Assembly (NCBI GenBank): GCA_046052125.1
Contig: JBJOMY010000002.1
Location: forward strand, 32,001-96,000
Source of the DNA: Cyanobacteriota bacterium
Lineage (GTDB): Bacteria > Cyanobacteriota > Cyanobacteriia > PCC-6307 > Cyanobiaceae
Length of the DNA: 64,000 bases
Direction of reading: 5' to 3'
Both the position numbers and the translations under genes were made by a program. The notes below the pieces were generated by a model. That model saw nothing but the letters and a program-made list of their open reading frames with translations, did no database searches and was not told where the DNA came from. Each line of letters begins with the position of its first letter. Position 1 is the first letter of the stretch. Below, piece after piece: positions 61,463-64,000 of the stretch.

Positions 61463-64000
61463 TCAGCCCAATGCCGACGCGAGGTCCGTGCGGGCCTGCT
61501 CCAGCGCCCCATCGAGTGCGGCCCCATCGCGGCCACCAGCCTGAGCCAGGTTGGGCCGGCCGCCGCCGCCGCCGCCGCAGGCCTTAGCGATGCCACCGAT
61601 GAACTTGCCAGCCTGCAGCCCCTTGGCGATCACGCCCTTCCCAAAGGCCGCCACCAGAATCACCTTGCCCAGATCAGCAGAATCGGGCAGGCCGCCGAGC
61701 ACCACGGCCGCGCCATCACCCAGCTGATCCGCCAAGCCTTGAGCGGCACTCTGCAGACCGCCGCCTTCCACGCCATCGAGGCGGGCCACCAGCAGCTGGT
61801 GCTCGCCAACGGCCACCGCTTGAGCCACCAACGCCGCTGATTTCGCCAGGGCCAGCTCCTCGCGCGCCGCGGCCAGAGCCTTCTGGCTGGCCTTGAGCTC
61901 ATCTGACAGCTGCCCCACCCGCTCAACGATCTCGGCGGGCTGGGCCTTGAAGCGCTCGCCCAGTTGCTTCACCACCGCATCGCGCTCGTTGAGATACGCC
62001 AGCACCGCCGGGCCGGCCACCGCTTCGATGCGGCGGATGCCGGCGGCCACGCCGCTCTCGCTCACGATCTTGAACAGTCCGATCTCAGCTGTGTTGGCCA
62101 CGTGGGTGCCGCCGCAGAGCTCCATCGACACGCCGGGTACATCCACCACCCGCACCACATCGGCGTACTTCTCGCCGAACATCGCCACGGCGCCAGCAGC
62201 CTTGGCCTTCTCGATCGCCATCTCCTGCACCTCGAGGCGGTGGGCCTCGCTGATCCAGCCGTTGATCAGGCTCTCGATCTGCTCGAGCTCAGCGGCGGAC
62301 ACAGCGCGGGGGCAGTGGAAGTCGAAACGCAAGCGATCGAAATCCACCAGCGAGCCGGCCTGGCCGATGCCTGGATCCACCACCTGCTTGAGGGCCGCCT
62401 GCAGCAGGTGCGTGGCGGTGTGGTTCGCCTGGGCGCGGCGACGGCAGGCGCGATCCACCTGGGCATTGAGCAGATCACCCACCGCCAGGCTGCCCCGCTC
62501 CATCCGACCGCTGTGCACGAACACGCTGCGGTTGCGGCTGACGCCCTCGATCGCCACGATCACACCATCACCGCTCAGCACGCCGCGGTCGCCGATCTGG
62601 CCGCCGCCCTCGCCGTAGAAGGGGGTCACATCGAGCACGAGCTGCACGCTGTCACCAGCCGTGGCACGCTCCGCTGGCTCACCGTTCACCACCAGGGCCA
62701 GCACGCAGCTGGGGTGTTCCAGGGCCTCGTAGCCCTTGAAGGCGGTGGCCTCGAGATCTGCCGCCATCTGCTCGATCGCGCCCTGCAGGGTGAGATCGAT
62801 GCTCACCGCCGCCGCCTTGGCACGCTGGCGCTGGGCCTCCATCGCCGCTTCGAAGCCTTCGAGGTCCACCGTGAGGCCGTGCTCCTCGGCGATCTCCTCG
62901 GTGAGCTCCAGCGGGAAGCCGTAGGTGTCGTAGAGCTCAAAGGCCTGCTCACCGGAGATTTGCTTCGGCTTGGCCGCCAGCACATCCGCCAACAACTTCT
63001 CGCCCCGCTCCAGGGTTTCCAGGAAGCGGGCCTCCTCGCGGGCCAGCTCCGCCAGGATCACCTCACGGCGCTCCAGCAGCTGCGGGTAGGCGGCCTGCAT
63101 CAGCGTGATCGACGCCTCTCCCATCGCCGTCAGGAACGGCTTGTCGATACCGAGGAGCCGTCCGTGGCGCACCACGCGGCGCAGCAAGCGGCGCAGGATA
63201 TAGCCGCGGCCAAGGTTGCTGGCGGTGACGCCATCGCAAATCAGCTGGGTGATGGCGCGGGAGTGATCGCCGATCACCTTGAGGCTGGTTTTGCCCTTCT
63301 CATCGAGGGCGCGGTAGTCCACGCCAGCCAGACCCGCCGCCGTTTCAATCAGCGGATAGATCAGGTCGGTTTCGTAGTTATTGGGCACCGCCTGCAGGAT
63401 CTGCGCCATGCGCTCAAGACCCATGCCGGTGTCGATGTTGCGGTTGGCCAGCGGCGTGAGGGTGCCCTCCGCGTCGCGGTTGTACTGCATGAACACCAAG
63501 TTGTAGAACTCGATGAAGCGCGAGTCGTCTTCAAGATCGATGCCGTCGTCGCCGAGTTCGGGCTTGAAGTCGTAATAGATCTCCGAGCAGGGGCCGCAAG
63601 GACCGGTAGGGCCGGACGCCCAGAAGTTGTCGGCCTCATCCATGCGGATGATCCGCTTGGGGTTCACCCCCACCACATCGCGCCAGATCGCCTCGGCTTC
63701 GCCGTCCTCGCGGAACACGCTCACCACGAGGTTCTTCGGGCTGAGGCCGAACACGCCGGTGCTCAACTCCCAGGCCCACTGAATCGCCTGCTCCTTGAAG
63801 TAGTCGCCGAAGGAGAAGTTGCCGAGCATCTCGAAGAACGTGTGATGCCGTGCCGTGCGGCCCACGTTTTCGATGTCGTTGGTGCGGATGCACTTCTGGG
63901 AGCTGGTGGCCCGGGGAGCCGGCCGCTGCTGCTGCCCCAGAAACACCGGCTTAAAGGGGAGCATGCCCGCGATGGTGAGCAGCACCGTGGGGTCTTCCGG
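61463..64000 (-). CDS. alaS: Alanine--tRNA ligase (5' end outside the window)
   Basis: [58 protein letters not shown]. Confidence 0.98.
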   Translation of the reverse strand, partial: PEDPTVLLTIAGMLPFKPVFLGQQQRPAPRATSSQKCIRTNDIENVGRTARHHTFFEMLGNFSFGDYFKEQAIQWAWELSTGVFGLSPKNLVVSVFREDGEAEAIWRDVVGVNPKRIIRMDEADNFWASGPTGPCGPCSEIYYDFKPELGDDGIDLEDDSRFIEFYNLVFMQYNRDAEGTLTPLANRNIDTGMGLERMAQILQAVPNNYETDLIYPLIETAAGLAGVDYRALDEKGKTSLKVIGDHSRAITQLICDGVTASNLGRGYILRRLLRRVVRHGRLLGIDKPFLTAMGEASITLMQAAYPQLLERREVILAELAREEARFLETLERGEKLLADVLAAKPKQISGEQAFELYDTYGFPLELTEEIAEEHGLTVDLEGFEAAMEAQRQRAKAAAVSIDLTLQGAIEQMAADLEATAFKGYEALEHPSCVLALVVNGEPAERATAGDSVQLVLDVTPFYGEGGGQIGDRGVLSGDGVIVAIEGVSRNRSVFVHSGRMERGSLAVGDLLNAQVDRACRRRAQANHTATHLLQAALKQVVDPGIGQAGSLVDFDRLRFDFHCPRAVSAAELEQIESLINGWISEAHRLEVQEMAIEKAKAAGAVAMFGEKYADVVRVVDVPGVSMELCGGTHVANTAEIGLFKIVSESGVAAGIRRIEAVAGPAVLAYLNERDAVVKQLGERFKAQPAEIVERVGQLSDELKASQKALAAAREELALAKSAALVAQAVAVGEHQLLVARLDGVEGGGLQSAAQGLADQLGDGAAVVLGGLPDSADLGKVILVAAFGKGVIAKGLQAGKFIGGIAKACGGGGGGRPNLAQAGGRDGAALDGALEQARTDLASALG

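Overview
High-GC picocyanobacterial chromosome segment (Synechococcus/Cyanobium-like). Most of it is core genes: argS, nadC, mnmE, relA/spoT, pgk, murG, pilMNOQ, pyrD, rnhA, rplL-J-A-K-nusG-secE, a clpB paralogue, eno, argJ, coaE, gatB, thiO, ndk, speA and alaS. The main accessory feature is an ~11.5 kb island (38585-50096) flanked by an exact 21-bp direct repeat that copies the argJ 3' end. I see no integrase in it. It carries a defence cluster hsdM (with an extra N-terminal domain) - hsdS - Schlafen/AlbA_2-domain gene - hsdR - mrr, a frameshifted Cro/C1 HTH gene, a coupled operon of four tiny membrane/lipoprotein genes and a LexA-box-preceded Cys/His protein. By manual reading the island almost completely lacks GGCC, AGCT, CCGG and CGCG, except in the Schlafen-like gene, which looks like a later insertion at the position PrrC occupies in EcoprrI. 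Other notable items: a Yfr2-like sRNA, an in-frame RluA-Nif11 fusion, a related palindromic element inside two unrelated core genes, a low-GC cobD-pilQ block and an AT-rich pair of secreted orphan genes. All counts and coordinates were read by eye; no database searches were run.
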